NCBI GenBank assembly: GCA_964019335.1 | Contig: OZ025728.1 | Span: 248,001 to 312,000 of the forward strand | From: Diplonema japonicum | Lineage: Eukaryota; Protista; Euglenozoa: Diplonemea | Reading direction: 5' to 3' | Length of the DNA: 64,000 nt | Position numbers and translations under genes: made by a program | Part shown: positions 21,201 through 31,827 of the stretch, piece by piece | Layout of the letters: each line of letters starts with the position of its first letter | Numbering within the stretch: position 1 is the stretch's first letter | The notes under the pieces: model-generated | The model's database searches: none | Seen by the model: only the letters and a program-made list of their open reading frames with translations | What the model was told of the DNA's origin: nothing

Positions 21201-24200
21201 TGCAACTCCCACTCCTTGCAAATGGTACGAATGAAGGCACGAAGCATGCGGAGTGTCATGTGCTGTTCTTCATTCACTCCAATGAATTTAGAGAACCTTC
21301 CGTATTGAAGAGCGCACTTCAGCACTGCCCCGATGGAAGCCTCCTCTGTGCCGATCATTATCTCGATGTCCTTGTCCTCCATTTTCTTCATTCTGTACAC
21401 CTTTTTTTTTTTCTCGTCACAGGTTTCCCTTGAATTTCCCTTAACATGATCAACGCACACACTCGGGTTGCGTCCGAACAGCTCGTCCGCAGTGTACTCC
21501 AGGATGGCTGTGTCTGCTTCCACCAAGATGATGGGGTCACCCCACTCACCCAGCCTGTTCTTTTTCTCACTATTGTTCTTCTCTCTCACGGAATCCAAAA
21601 GGAACTTCTTGTCGAGGAACGAGTACCCCACGAGTATCAGTGCCAGGCGTGTCTCCCGTTCCCTCGTCTTCTCCTGAAGCCGTTGCACATTCCTCTTCGT
21701 GAACCCATGCTGCTCCAGGGCCTCTTCCACAAGGCTTGTCGTCGGATTCTTCATCTTTGGCAGGAACACGTGAACAGGGAGAAGGCTTTTAGTACTTCCT
21801 GCAGCATCGTAGGCGCTCCATAGCTCCTTCTCCACCAGTGACAGGAACTCCGCACTCCAATAACTGCCGTTGAACACAATGCTCCTCCCGGCAGGGCGGG
21901 CTTTCAACAAGTGGGTCGCAAATTCCGAGGGGTTGAAATTCTCAAGGTTGTCGTCGCTATTTTCGGGGTCATCATTCTCAACCCGCATGAACGAGTACCT
22001 CTCACACCCATGGAGGTCACTGCTGCAAGACATGCGAGCCTTGTGCAGGAGGTCGATGTTGTCCTCCAGCTTCCTGTGAAGCTGGAGGTAGTTGTGGATG
22101 TCACTCACCTCCATCTTCATGTCCTGCAGCTGCTTGTCGATCCCTGTCACCCTTTCGAAGATGCTTGTCGTGAGCAGCAGGGTCGTCCCCGCTATCGCGT
22201 TCATCCCCTCAAGGTTCCTTGCGTACACCTTCACAGCCTCCTGCGCCGCTTTCAGCATCCCGTCAACGTGCTGCACAACTTCCTCGCTTGGAACCACCTT
22301 GCGCAGCCCCAGAAGCCTCTCCACCTCCCCAAGCAGCCCCTCCACATCCTTCTTGTATCGTTTCGCCTCTGTCCGTAGTGTCATCCTCAGGTAGTTCTTT
22401 GCCTCCTTGAACACCTGTCCTTGCTTCTCCAATTGATCTCGCTCTCCGTCGCTCCTCATTGTGTTCAGGATCTCGCTGCTCATTGTCATCGACATCCTGT
22501 CATCCAGCACCTTGCTCTCGATCACTTCGAGGCAGGCAAGAACTGCCCTGTGCCGTACCATCGTCCCCTCGGCCATTCCAGAAAGAGTCGTCAGTTCCTC
22601 TATCACTTCAGTGCCGATGCGATCCACCTCGCTGATCTCCACATCGCTAACTATCTTCCCTAGCTTAGTTCCAATATCAGCCTCTTCATCTTCGTCTTTC
22701 GTGTCCTTGGTTCCAACGTGTTTCTTTTCGTTGGTCTCAGGATCAGCCTGTTCTTCTTCGTCTTTTCCAGAATGAGCTGTCAGTTTCTTCACCGCATCAG
22801 CCACTCCAGTGCCGATTTCCTTCAAGTCATTGATTGTCTTTATGTCAAACATCTTCCCCAACTCTGTTATCACTTCATCTTTCAAGATCGTTTTGGCTTG
22901 TTCCTGAACACCACCCAGAATCACAGTCGCTTGTCGAAGACACTTCATCAGCATACTTGGCAGCTGGCGTTCGTGTTTCAGAAGATCTATCAAGCACTGC
23001 ACCATGCAGTCTTTCGCTTCCCAAGAGAACTGTATGATTCCCTTGTCTTCTCCCAACACAGGAAACCTGTGGTACAGGGTACCCGTTTCGTGGATATGCT
23101 TCTCACCCCCCTCCTCCTTGTCTTGCTCAGGGGACACGACACGAGAGAACACCAGGAGCTCGGCAAGGGTCCCTGCCCACAGCTGTGCAGGAAGAACTTT
23201 CCAGTTCTTCTTGTTCTGTGGGCATATATCCGAGTGCACGAGGTTAACGAAGTCACGTAATGCCTCCGTGGCATCATGAGGCCTCACCAGAAGCAGGTGC
23301 TTCAGGTGCTGAGATTGAGTGTTGAACGTTGCTGCGATCTGAAGTTCATCACTTGTGGACAACAAGGTGTCCTTCATTCTGGAGGATAAGGACACAGCCC
23401 CATGCCAGGCGGCTGTCATTACCTTCAAATTGAACTGCATTGTCTTGATAGCTATGGCACCATGTGCCACGGAAACAACATCACCCCAAAAAGTAGTTTT
23501 TGAGAGAATGCCGCCCCCTTTGGTGATGACCTCGTGGTCTGCTGCCGATGCCGGGTGCATGAACGCTTTGTTCTGTCCTTTCCCAAAACCTTCGACGACT
23601 TTCCGGAATTCCGGCAGTTGATCCGAAGCAGTGCCGTCATTGTCGAAGGTCACGAGCTGCAACACCAAGGTGGCCACCACACGGTACAGGTGTATGTTGT
23701 TCAAGGTTACAAGGTGCTCAGTGTCGCCCGCCTCGAAAAGTGCGCTGTCCTTCAGCGACTGCTGCAGCACCTTCAGCAGCTCGCACACAGCGGCCAGCAT
23801 ACGCTCTGCAGGCTCGCTAGTGTCCTGAACCTCAACCAGTGACCCGAGTTTTGTTTCGTTCAGCTTGAACCACTTCACAAAGGTTTGCAACTCCGCAAGT
23901 CTCTCCTTTGCCATTGTGCACTGTGCCACAGCTTTCGAGCTTTTTTCCAACTTCATGAGAAACGACATTATGTCTTGTGTTCCGTGAAGCGACCTTCTCA
24001 CGAATGGGGCCGCTGCCGGGGGTCTTGGCCGTGCCATTGCTTCAGCAAGCACAGATAAGCTGCCTTCATACCTCTCGACAATTGCTTGCAACTTGCCCAA
24101 CTGGTCTGGGTGTTTCGTCACCTCATTCAGCAGGTGCTCATTGTCGACCTTGAAATTGATGTATCTTTCATTCAGCATGATGTTCAAATAGTACTTCGTG

Positions 24201-25471
24201 TGCTCGAAGGTCTCCATCTGCTCAACAAGTGACTGTGCCTCCCCGTCGCTCCTCACTGTGTCCAGAACTTCACAGGCAATCCTTCCTGACAGCTCACTGC
24301 CCAGAAGCCCGCTCTCGATCACTTCATAACTGGAAACGACCGCCCTGTGCCGTACTTGAGCCTTCTCATCGCCAACAGTCTCCAGCAATGCACACACAGC
24401 CTTCCTCACGTCGTTGGCTGCTGTCTCCCCTTTCTTGAGAATCTCTGTCAGTGCACCAGGTGTCAGCCTTCCATGCCTCAGAAGATCCACCAAGCAGCCA
24501 ACCACCACTTCCTTAACATTCACAGGAAACTGTATGGCCCCTTGTTCCCCGAGCATTGGAATCCTTTGATACAGAACACAGTTGTTGTGGAGAACAAGGC
24601 GACATTCTCCCTCTTTGTTGGTTGCCTTCGAGGACACGACACGAGAGAATGTCAACAGCTCAGAAAGGGTCCCCACCCACAGCGACACAGGGTGAACCTT
24701 CCAGTCAACATTTTCCCCAAAGGGGCACACCACATCGTGGATCTCTTTGACCAGTCGTTGGAGCTGTGCCGCATCTCGCTCGCTCCCTGCATGGCCGTGA
24801 GACATGAAGCCCGCCATAAGCAGGTACTTCAGACGCTGAACAAGAACGCTGTGGGTTGCAGCACTGCGCTGTGCTTCCGCCACCCCAGTCCCAGTGAACA
24901 AGCCTTCAACAGAGGGCCGCGGTGTCACGAAAGCTGCTATGTCCTTCACCACAGCAGCAAGGTCGCCAAGGGGACTCTCCCCGAGGACGTCTCCACTGGT
25001 GATGATAGTCTCGTACGCTACCCACTCAGGGTGCTTCTCATCTTTCAGCATGTTAACGAGTGCCCGGAAGCCAACCAGCTGATCAGCAGGAATACAGCTC
25101 TTGTCGTGTATGACGAGCTGTCCCACCAAAGAGGCCACCACACGATACAGGTGTATGTTGTTCATGGTAATGTGTGTCGAGCCACCTCCTCTTTGTAGCA
25201 GCACCTTCAGCAGCTCACACACAGAGGCCAGTATGGACACCCGCATTGCCTCCAGCAAGGGGGCCCACTGGTCGGGCTGTTGGTTCATGTCGAACAGTGC
25301 CGAGAGCCTCACCTCGTTCAGTTTGAACCATTCAATGAATTCTCCTGTTTCTGCACCTCGCCTTATGCGCTTCGTCCAGTCACCCAGCTCCCTGAGGAAG
25401 GCTTGCACGTCATGTGTAGCGTCTACTGGTGGTTCTGGTGCCCTGACCCGCCTGAAGCACACGAGGTCCAT
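18257..25471 (-). CDS. 2404-aa NLR/STAND-like protein: duplicated N-terminal helical domain, degenerate NACHT, pentapeptide repeats, degenerate beta-propeller
   Basis: Intact ORF. LPVHVFLP...LVEEALEQHGF...LILVGY resembles the NACHT core. AITILSAANESFAEMNYRGIQIPG resembles the pentapeptide junction of NACHT-WD40 proteins. FKLNE...VCELLKVL...NNIHLYRVVA occurs twice. Confidence 0.7.
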   Translation of the reverse strand: MDLVCFRRVRAPEPPVDATHDVQAFLRELGDWTKRIRRGAETGEFIEWFKLNEVRLSALFDMNQQPDQWAPLLEAMRVSILASVCELLKVLLQRGGGSTHITMNNIHLYRVVASLVGQLVIHDKSCIPADQLVGFRALVNMLKDEKHPEWVAYETIITSGDVLGESPLGDLAAVVKDIAAFVTPRPSVEGLFTGTGVAEAQRSAATHSVLVQRLKYLLMAGFMSHGHAGSERDAAQLQRLVKEIHDVVCPFGENVDWKVHPVSLWVGTLSELLTFSRVVSSKATNKEGECRLVLHNNCVLYQRIPMLGEQGAIQFPVNVKEVVVGCLVDLLRHGRLTPGALTEILKKGETAANDVRKAVCALLETVGDEKAQVRHRAVVSSYEVIESGLLGSELSGRIACEVLDTVRSDGEAQSLVEQMETFEHTKYYLNIMLNERYINFKVDNEHLLNEVTKHPDQLGKLQAIVERYEGSLSVLAEAMARPRPPAAAPFVRRSLHGTQDIMSFLMKLEKSSKAVAQCTMAKERLAELQTFVKWFKLNETKLGSLVEVQDTSEPAERMLAAVCELLKVLQQSLKDSALFEAGDTEHLVTLNNIHLYRVVATLVLQLVTFDNDGTASDQLPEFRKVVEGFGKGQNKAFMHPASAADHEVITKGGGILSKTTFWGDVVSVAHGAIAIKTMQFNLKVMTAAWHGAVSLSSRMKDTLLSTSDELQIAATFNTQSQHLKHLLLVRPHDATEALRDFVNLVHSDICPQNKKNWKVLPAQLWAGTLAELLVFSRVVSPEQDKEEGGEKHIHETGTLYHRFPVLGEDKGIIQFSWEAKDCMVQCLIDLLKHERQLPSMLMKCLRQATVILGGVQEQAKTILKDEVITELGKMFDIKTINDLKEIGTGVADAVKKLTAHSGKDEEEQADPETNEKKHVGTKDTKDEDEEADIGTKLGKIVSDVEISEVDRIGTEVIEELTTLSGMAEGTMVRHRAVLACLEVIESKVLDDRMSMTMSSEILNTMRSDGERDQLEKQGQVFKEAKNYLRMTLRTEAKRYKKDVEGLLGEVERLLGLRKVVPSEEVVQHVDGMLKAAQEAVKVYARNLEGMNAIAGTTLLLTTSIFERVTGIDKQLQDMKMEVSDIHNYLQLHRKLEDNIDLLHKARMSCSSDLHGCERYSFMRVENDDPENSDDNLENFNPSEFATHLLKARPAGRSIVFNGSYWSAEFLSLVEKELWSAYDAAGSTKSLLPVHVFLPKMKNPTTSLVEEALEQHGFTKRNVQRLQEKTRERETRLALILVGYSFLDKKFLLDSVREKNNSEKKNRLGEWGDPIILVEADTAILEYTADELFGRNPSVCVDHVKGNSRETCDEKKKKVYRMKKMEDKDIEIMIGTEEASIGAVLKCALQYGRFSKFIGVNEEQHMTLRMLRAFIRTICKEWELHDSRIRINGDILTTNPSSDEAKLLMKTMLKEMVPESGVGEEASHKEVMCGLVKHIMKEVESNKESALLHKLYDGMKVDEQDARFVYHRNEEMNMAFLRTCLEEYLRLQLRSLSTKHPSISDEKLVKLLVDYNSRLALDMTRDHARQAPYEDRYKAQHTGHDVDKPDRQLVRDLFAASPVEVSSDYRSKKRVFSFSSEWLQELFTAIAVHDKLMRFPLNPNCTKFFVIAFSDVCEANLNGDLIWEYFNKKKEKMMKVREENPDLTEDEASEYLVMACKAACAREETWDVLMGDLTNFRGVLRRYLAKKVLYEKYSEKKQLICFRDALLSLLELSKLQWCSAPAAVAITILSAANESFAEMNYRGIQIPGECLEDSTFDRIVFTDVEMKGTDFVHTYLHDDKESIKSSLKEGLLSFAAFTDNGKDIIAEVYADKVVFGGREVQLPETIMNLKTMKILSKIVQRGEQCVLVVAYEMDGAVAIAECQQEEISVKVVSSPMRLMFIADDSKVWCVNRGEGGSVKDTTGAQDGEEGEKGHKICEWLLCLDTVKENRVLVNNDEGVSLKDKCMELAPVVEGLTPVGVDRYLALNRSADRLSWECVVYSEVRSATLPYIVLEEKYRFTIPASEEGPLRHVVCGDMLLVPGGDKDGSNWILKEDKAVRLCTTIFFDGNMGRLRNRRLKLLNVYASAVHAYYHLEGDLLVAMEPPKRELVLGGPVCEIAVSGNGKVGMLVRCGDTKIDVVTYCRWRNTVKRLKEPVDMSLAEIKWDRRKEVFKVRSGGKEKEEEGEEKWYRTVDVGTKMIELVDTDPPEITRTPAPKMLKGPRSSKENQNTLNCDQLLHNYTFVSPAKHGFNSDTIRWGSHEAWVEGYRQPKLVADMNDLLKADFIDTVQLIGDSLVAIAGRNVYYWGWKNSCQGLHLIKRLTDTNIVMVAKVACHECTAFRRRRLQLVPEDEPQVGCMKDCLLLLNEEVNLYQRQQEENK

Positions 25472-25607
25472 TTTGCCCTATGTGGTTGAAGGAGAGGGGA
25501 ATAGGTGGTGCTTAAAAGATACAAAATAAAAACTCAAAACATAAGATCTGGCTTGGAAATTCCTGCTTTCAGAAGAAAAGCCTATTCCTTCCCCTTAAGA
25601 ACATAAA

Positions 25608-25920
25608 AATAAACTCGATGATTTAAAGGAAGCCGGTGGGGACACCCTGCACAAGCACCATTTACTTGATTACAGGGGGCGCTCCTCGGCCTAGCTGTAG
25701 CTTCTTCTGCGTTCCGCGTCGTGTCCTTAATGCGTGCGGTGCGCAGCTCAACCCTAGCCGGGGCGCCCCGGGTAACCAAGATTCTGAACCCGTGTAGTTT
25801 GCTGCCTGTTCGTCACCCAGAGCATCTGCTTCTCCCACTCGGGCGCTACCGACGAGGAGGTCAACAGCGAACAACACATCTGATGTACTTCTTTATATTT
25901 CCATGTTATCCCCACCACCA
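25608..25920 (-). mobile_element. ~300-bp SINE/SIDER-like copy
   Basis: Homologous to 3165-3458 with the same ccaccacc boundary. Confidence 0.75.
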
Positions 25921-26029
25921 AAATAAAATGGGTGTTGGTTGCAACACTATTTGCCGTTAAGTGCGCAGCGCGGTGGAGGGTCTATCTATGTGTTGTTACC
26001 CATGTGCTGCTCACTTTAATGAATGGGAA

Positions 26030-26400
26030 AAACAACATCAAGTACGGTAACCACAACTTTTTTTATACCGTTACTGTAACCACCAAATTTTTTCCTTATG
26101 CAACTACAAACTTTTTATTCCACCATCCACGGTAACCTGTATCATTTTTATTTTGTCAGATTAGGGTTTATCATAAAATGAACTTGGTGGAAAAAAAGTT
26201 CCAACATACATGGTTTAGTGGAAATAAGATTAGGTTACCATGGACAGCGGGAACTTTATTTAAAAAAACCGTTTTGGTGGGAAAAAAAGTTATGATTACC
26301 GTACTTGGTGGGAAAAAAGTTCTAAGTTACCGTGGATAGAGGTAAAAATTCTGCTTATAGTACTTGGTGGAAAAAAGTTATTTGCTTACCGTGAACGGTG
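26030..26400. repeat. AT-rich foldback/MITE-like segment with inverted subrepeats
   Basis: caagtacggtaa (~26039) versus ttaccgtacttg (~26296). Four ttggtgg(g)aaaaaa(a)gtt units on the right and inverted ccacca/aacttttt units on the left. Confidence 0.55.
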
Positions 26401-26404
26401 TTTT

Positions 26405-27100
26405 TCATTTAGTGAATTTAGAGAACTTTCCGTAATGAAGAGCGCACTTCAGCACTGCCCCGATGGAAGCCTCCTCTGTGCCGATCATTATCTCGATGTC
26501 CTTGTCCTCCATTTTCTTCATTCTGTACACTTCACAGGTTTCCATTGAATTTCCCTCACCCTGGGGTGGTGGACCCTGCACACCAACATGATCCACACAC
26601 ACACTCGAGTTGCGTCCGACAGCTCGTCCACAGTGTACTCCAGGATGGCTGTGTCTGCTTCCACCAAGATGATGGGGTCACCCCACTCACTCAGCTTGTT
26701 CTTCTCTCTCATGGAATCCAAAAGGAACTTCTTGTCGAGGAACGAGTACCCCACGAGTATCAGTGCCAGGCGTGTCTCCCGTTCCCTCGTCTTCTCCTGA
26801 AGCCGTTGCACATTCCTCTTCGTGAACCCATGCTGCTCCAGGGCCTCTTCCACAAGGCTTGTCGGATTTTTACGGGGTCATCATTCTCAACCCGCATGAA
26901 CGAGTACCTCTCACACCCATGGAGGTCGCTGCTGAAGACGTGCGAGCCTTGTGAAGGAGGTCGATGTTGTCCTGCAGCTTCCTGTGTAGCTGGAGGTAGC
27001 TGAACTAATACTGGGGGGAATAAAAAGGTTCACAACGAGTGTTTGAAATTCCAGCAGTTGATCCGAAGCAGTGCCGTCATTGTCGAAGGTCACGAGCTGC
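26405..27100 (-). pseudogene. Deleted, frameshifted fragment of the NLR-like gene
   Basis: Mosaic of matches to ~21283-21745, ~21965-22090 and ~23605-23660. Confidence 0.85.
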
Positions 27101-27513
27101 TAAGCCTCGCTTGCTCACACAAACATGTCCCCGCAGTTTGGTTTCATCTTTTTTGTTGCACCCTCATTTTAAACCTTTGAGACACAGAATGGAAGTGCTT
27201 GAAAACCATACAAAACGAGCCCAGCAACACACTGAAAGGTGGGGGAGGGAGAGGGGGAGTTACCATACCCGGATCATAAACGAGACTTTTTTGTTTCTGT
27301 TTTTCGGGCTTTTTTTTTTTTTTCCAAACCCTTTTTAGTGTACTTAAGTTTTTGACCCACCTTTTTTTTTTTTTGAATATTAAATACGTGAGGGGGGTGG
27401 GAGATGCACGGGCTTATCACCAAGAGTTTGCCGACGGTTCAAAAAAAAAAAAAAAAAACCACTTCGGTGAAAGAGAATCTCGCTGTTAAAAGAAAGAAAG
27501 AAAAATAGCAACG

Positions 27514-29929
27514 TTAGCATTTCATGGCTCTCTTGCTTCCAACGAACTGCCTCCCGGACGCCCCGTTGGGGCACTTGGCGTACAGCTCGCACAGGGTGAT
27601 GGGGAGGGAGTGACACTGGGCTCCCTCGCTGCAGTACAACTCGTGCACGGAACCCCCGAGACGGCCTACTGCCTGATTTTTTTTTTTTTTTTTTTCACCC
27701 CCAACACACCGGCACATAGTCCCCTTGGCTGTAGACGTTAGTGACAAGCTTCCTGACGGAGTAGGAGCGGACGTAGTTCTTGTTGTGGACGAACTTCTTG
27801 CGGGAGTCCATGATGCCTGGTGACGAGATGCCAACAGCCTGTCTGTCGACAAGCGCTCCAGCGATCTTGGCCACAGCCCCACCCAGCGAGTGCCCTACAA
27901 AGACCACCTCACGCGGCTGGTCCTTCAGCGTCTGCTCCGCGTAGGCCACGACAGGGGTGAAGAATTTCATCCCGTCACCAAAGAGCCCACCCACAATGGA
28001 TGTGTAGGCAGAGAGGAAGGACTGAAAGAACCCAGGGGGCCAGTACAGCAGCCCAGGGACGAGGCCTGAAAGAAGCGAGAAGATGGTCATCTCACCGAAC
28101 AGCGACATGTCTTCCAACCAGTCCATGAAGCGGGGCGACGAGCCCCTCACTGCAATCACCGACACGTTCCTCGAGGCGGAGTAGATGTCGAGGAAGGCTA
28201 CCCAGTCGTCTGTCTTGTGGTTGTTATGCCTGACCACCCAGTCGGGCTCCCCGTCTGTGCCCGCATCTCTACTGGCAGCGTTGTTCAAAACGTGCATGAC
28301 GGAGTCCCCATCCGTGACGTTGATGTAGGCCATGGACGCTGCGTAGGAAAGGTCCATGATGTCCAGCCCCGCCCAGCGTGCGTTGCACAGCTGGTAGCAG
28401 TCCACCTCGGAAGGGGGGTCTTGTTTCGCACCTCCACTACACTGCGGGTTTCGGTGAAGCGGTGCCTCGAGAGGGTCCGTGAAGATGTCGGTAAACGCTT
28501 CCTGCTCGAAATACCCTTGGGTGAGACCCCACGTCGCATATCCTTCTTGGATGACGGTGAAGACCGCAAGGCAGAGGACCGCCACGTAGGCGAAGACGAA
28601 CGGGTAGCGGAGGGTGTTCAAAAAGGTGTCCAACGCACGGAGGCCACGTTCGCCTTGGTGCGCCCGCTTGCGTTCTTCATCAGTACGGCACACGACAGCG
28701 CACCCCATACCAGGGAGGACACTGTCGTTGAAGAGAAGCTGCGACGCTGCAACAACAGCGGACATCCCGATCTTAGCAGAGACGGACCCTTCATGGTACC
28801 AGAAAGGCGCGACAAACGAAGCAGTTATGAGAAAACGCATAACAGGGTTGATGTGATACCTGGTGTTCCCTTTGATCATCTCTTTCTTTTTCGGGACAAC
28901 GACAACCAAGAAAACAGCGATGAAGGTAGAGATGGCAACAGACACCAATGGTTCCTTCTTAGTCGTGTTGGAGAGGACCATGAGCACAGCTGCCGTACCT
29001 GTGTAGCATATATAGATAATCCAGTTCAGCGTGCTTTTTTTCGAGTATGACGATGGCTGCGATACGGACGCCCAGCACGTTAAGATCACAAAGCTGACGA
29101 GTTCAATGAGGCACAGCACCGTCCCCGAACCGAGGAAGTACGCCACGGAATGCCTCATCGCGGACATTGGTGTGGTGTCGATGGATTCTTGAAGCGATGT
29201 TAGAATGGCAGAACCCAACGCGACCGCAACAGCGATTTTCTTATTAGAATCGATGCTTCTGTTGATGGCAGTGGTGACGTCCTTCATGCTGGTCAATGTG
29301 TAGATTGTAAACGCTGTCTGCAAACCGGAATAAACCCACCCTGCAAGGGCGAGTCCTCGCTCGTAACGGGTGTTACTACGGTTGAACGCAAATGACGCTG
29401 GGAACAGAACTGTTAAGATGTGAACTGTGATGATTACAGCGGCTTGGGAGAGAACACGTCGTTCGGGGAGAACAGACAGATACAACTTTTTAGTGTTTGT
29501 CATGGAGGTCGAGCTGAACACTTCCTCGAATGTGTCATAGACAACAGCATGGGTAGTCTTCATGACAAAGTACACGGGGATCATCACGAAGAATAAAGTA
29601 GCGAGCTGTGCCGAGAGCTGGCCCCACTGTTTGGCGTCAACCGCCGTGTTCTGCCCAGCGATCTCCCGTAGAAACGGTTCCGTCAGAACGTGGAAGACGT
29701 CGATGGGGACGTTGAAAGAGAGAGAGATCAGGAGCGGCACCACCGGGAGCATAAACGAAGCGTGGCCTGCTTTCGACACCCATCCGGGCATTGCCTTGAA
29801 CACAACAGGAAGCCATGCTGTACACATGATGAATGTTGCAATCTTCTCAACATTCATCTTGCTGATTATCACGTAAAATGGTATCACGGCTGCCACTACC
29901 CCCAGCAACTGGCTCACAGCCGCTGACAT
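27514..29929 (-). CDS. Multi-TM class-3 lipase (Atg15-like C-terminus); exons 27710-29929 and 27514-27672 (792 aa)
   Basis: VIAVRGS, VFVGHSLGG nucleophile elbow, and GDYVP|AVG...CHS completed across the intron. Many hydrophobic helices at the N-terminus. Confidence 0.85.
27673..27709 (-). other. 37-nt GT-AG intron (A19 core)
   Basis: GTGTGTTGGGGGTG-A19-TCAG; splicing restores the frame. Confidence 0.85.
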
Positions 29930-30021
29930 TGGATTTTTTTTTTTTCCCCCCCTTTTTTTTTTACTTTTTTTTTTTTGCGGGAAAAAAAAAAAAAAAAAAG
30001 AGGGGGAAATTACCCACTTGG

Positions 30022-30606
30022 TCACCCCTCTGAAGGCACCACACAGTCATAATAACATAGTTCGCTTCCAACTGAAAAGGCACCGACCCTCACCTGACAC
30101 ACCCCGCATTGTATAGAATAGTACTCTGGTTCGTCGGTGGAAGTTGTATTTTTTGATTTGCTGGCCTTAACGAGTTTTTTTGGAAGGGTACCTGCAACGA
30201 TGGGTGAGTCCACCGTGCAGGTGAGTGGGGGATGCTCGGTGAGCCAAATGTTGTCCTTGAGGTGGTACACACAAGCTGCATTTAGGGTAACGGTGGTGAA
30301 GCAGCAAGGGCAGCTAAGGTGGCATCGTAGCTCCGACTGATCTTTATTTTTCTCTTTTTTTATACCCCGGTTCATGTATGTTTTCTGCACCCATTTTGCA
30401 TCGGCGTCGTCGGCGTCTGGATCGAATAAATCGTCGGCTTCCGTATATTTCAATTGTTTCTTTGCTTTAAGTTTCATCTCTTTATCGGTGCCGCCCCCTC
30501 TCCACACCACACCCTTTTGGTGATCGAAGCCAAACTCTTGTCCATCTTCCTCGCTGTCCGACACAGCCGTGTTCTCTGCCCATTCTGTGTGTGTTGACCC
30601 TGCCAT
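30022..30606 (-). CDS. EAPP: E2F-associated phosphoprotein (EAPP)-like
   Basis: LFDPDADDADAKWV, LSCPCCFTT, IQCGVCQVRVG and terminal VVPS match the EAPP C-terminal domain pattern. Confidence 0.75.
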   Translation of the reverse strand: MAGSTHTEWAENTAVSDSEEDGQEFGFDHQKGVVWRGGGTDKEMKLKAKKQLKYTEADDLFDPDADDADAKWVQKTYMNRGIKKEKNKDQSELRCHLSCPCCFTTVTLNAACVYHLKDNIWLTEHPPLTCTVDSPIVAGTLPKKLVKASKSKNTTSTDEPEYYSIQCGVCQVRVGAFSVGSELCYYDCVVPSEG

Positions 30607-31791
30607 TTTGTTTTCTTTTTTTTTTTTTTTTTTCCCTGCTGTATTTCCGTCTGGAAGAACTTGAAGACAAATAAAAAAAAAATTTTTTTTTAAAGAGGGA
30701 AAGAAAAGAGGAGGGGGTGGAAGGGGAGGGTGGGGGGTTAAGAAAGAATGTATAAAAAAATATAGGTGGAGACAGTACTCTGACAAAAAAAAAAAGAATA
30801 TAAAAGGGTAAAAATATGAGAACACACAATGGGAAAGAAAAAAAAGTAGGGGGGGGGGACCAAGGAACCGCGGTCACATTCTGGAGGGAGACTAAAGTTT
30901 TTTTTTTCTTTGTCCATTTTTTTTTCTCTTTGCGAATGAGCGGGAGAGGGCAGGGGAATACAATTTTCAAAGGGGGGGGGGGGGGGGGGGGGGAGTTTCT
31001 TTGTTGTTGTTTGCGCGCACGAGCATTTTACTAAATAAAATTACTGCTCGTTGCGATTGCTTTTGTTAAACAAAAGTACGGTGCACTTTAGCCGCTCTTT
31101 CATACACGCCTGCTTCAGCAGGGGTATGAACAGTAATTGACATTTTTTTTTCCCCCTCCCCGAACTAGAAAAAAAAAAGAAACGCCAATTCTCATCATTT
31201 TCCCTATACCCCCCCATTTTTTTTAAGGCAAGAATGTGGCACTCGTAGGTAGCTATATTACTACTGCTAAAGGTAAGAAGGAGTGAGGGTGGAGACGATG
31301 GAAAAAAAGAAAAAGTGGGGATGAAAATGAATGCGTGAGTATGGGCAAAGAGAAAGAGCTCACACCTGTAGTTGAATGTAGCTTTTTTTTTTTTTTTTTT
31401 TTTTTTTCTGGCTGCCTAATTTAAATAAAAGGGTTATCTCATAGAGGAAGAAAAAAAAAATTCTTTCCCCTCTCTTTCATGAAAAAAAAAATAACCCTGA
31501 GTAAGGATAGACCGTGTGTGTAGGCGTGAAAGGTGTTTTTTCTTCTTTTTTTTTCTGTTTGCTACTTTTTTTTTTTTTTTCTTTTCTTTTTTCTTCTCCT
31601 ATCCCTCCCTCTTCCTTTCAAAAAAAAAAATAAATAAAATAAATAAAATAACAAAAATATGGCCCTTTTGGACTTGTGACCGGAGGGCTCTCCAAAACCA
31701 CAAAGTAAAACAAAAACAAAAAAAAAGGGGGGGAAAGAAACGCGCTGCGGGTTACAAAAAAAATTTTCTTTTTTTTAAGTACCTAAGACAT

Positions 31792-31827
<36 letters not shown>

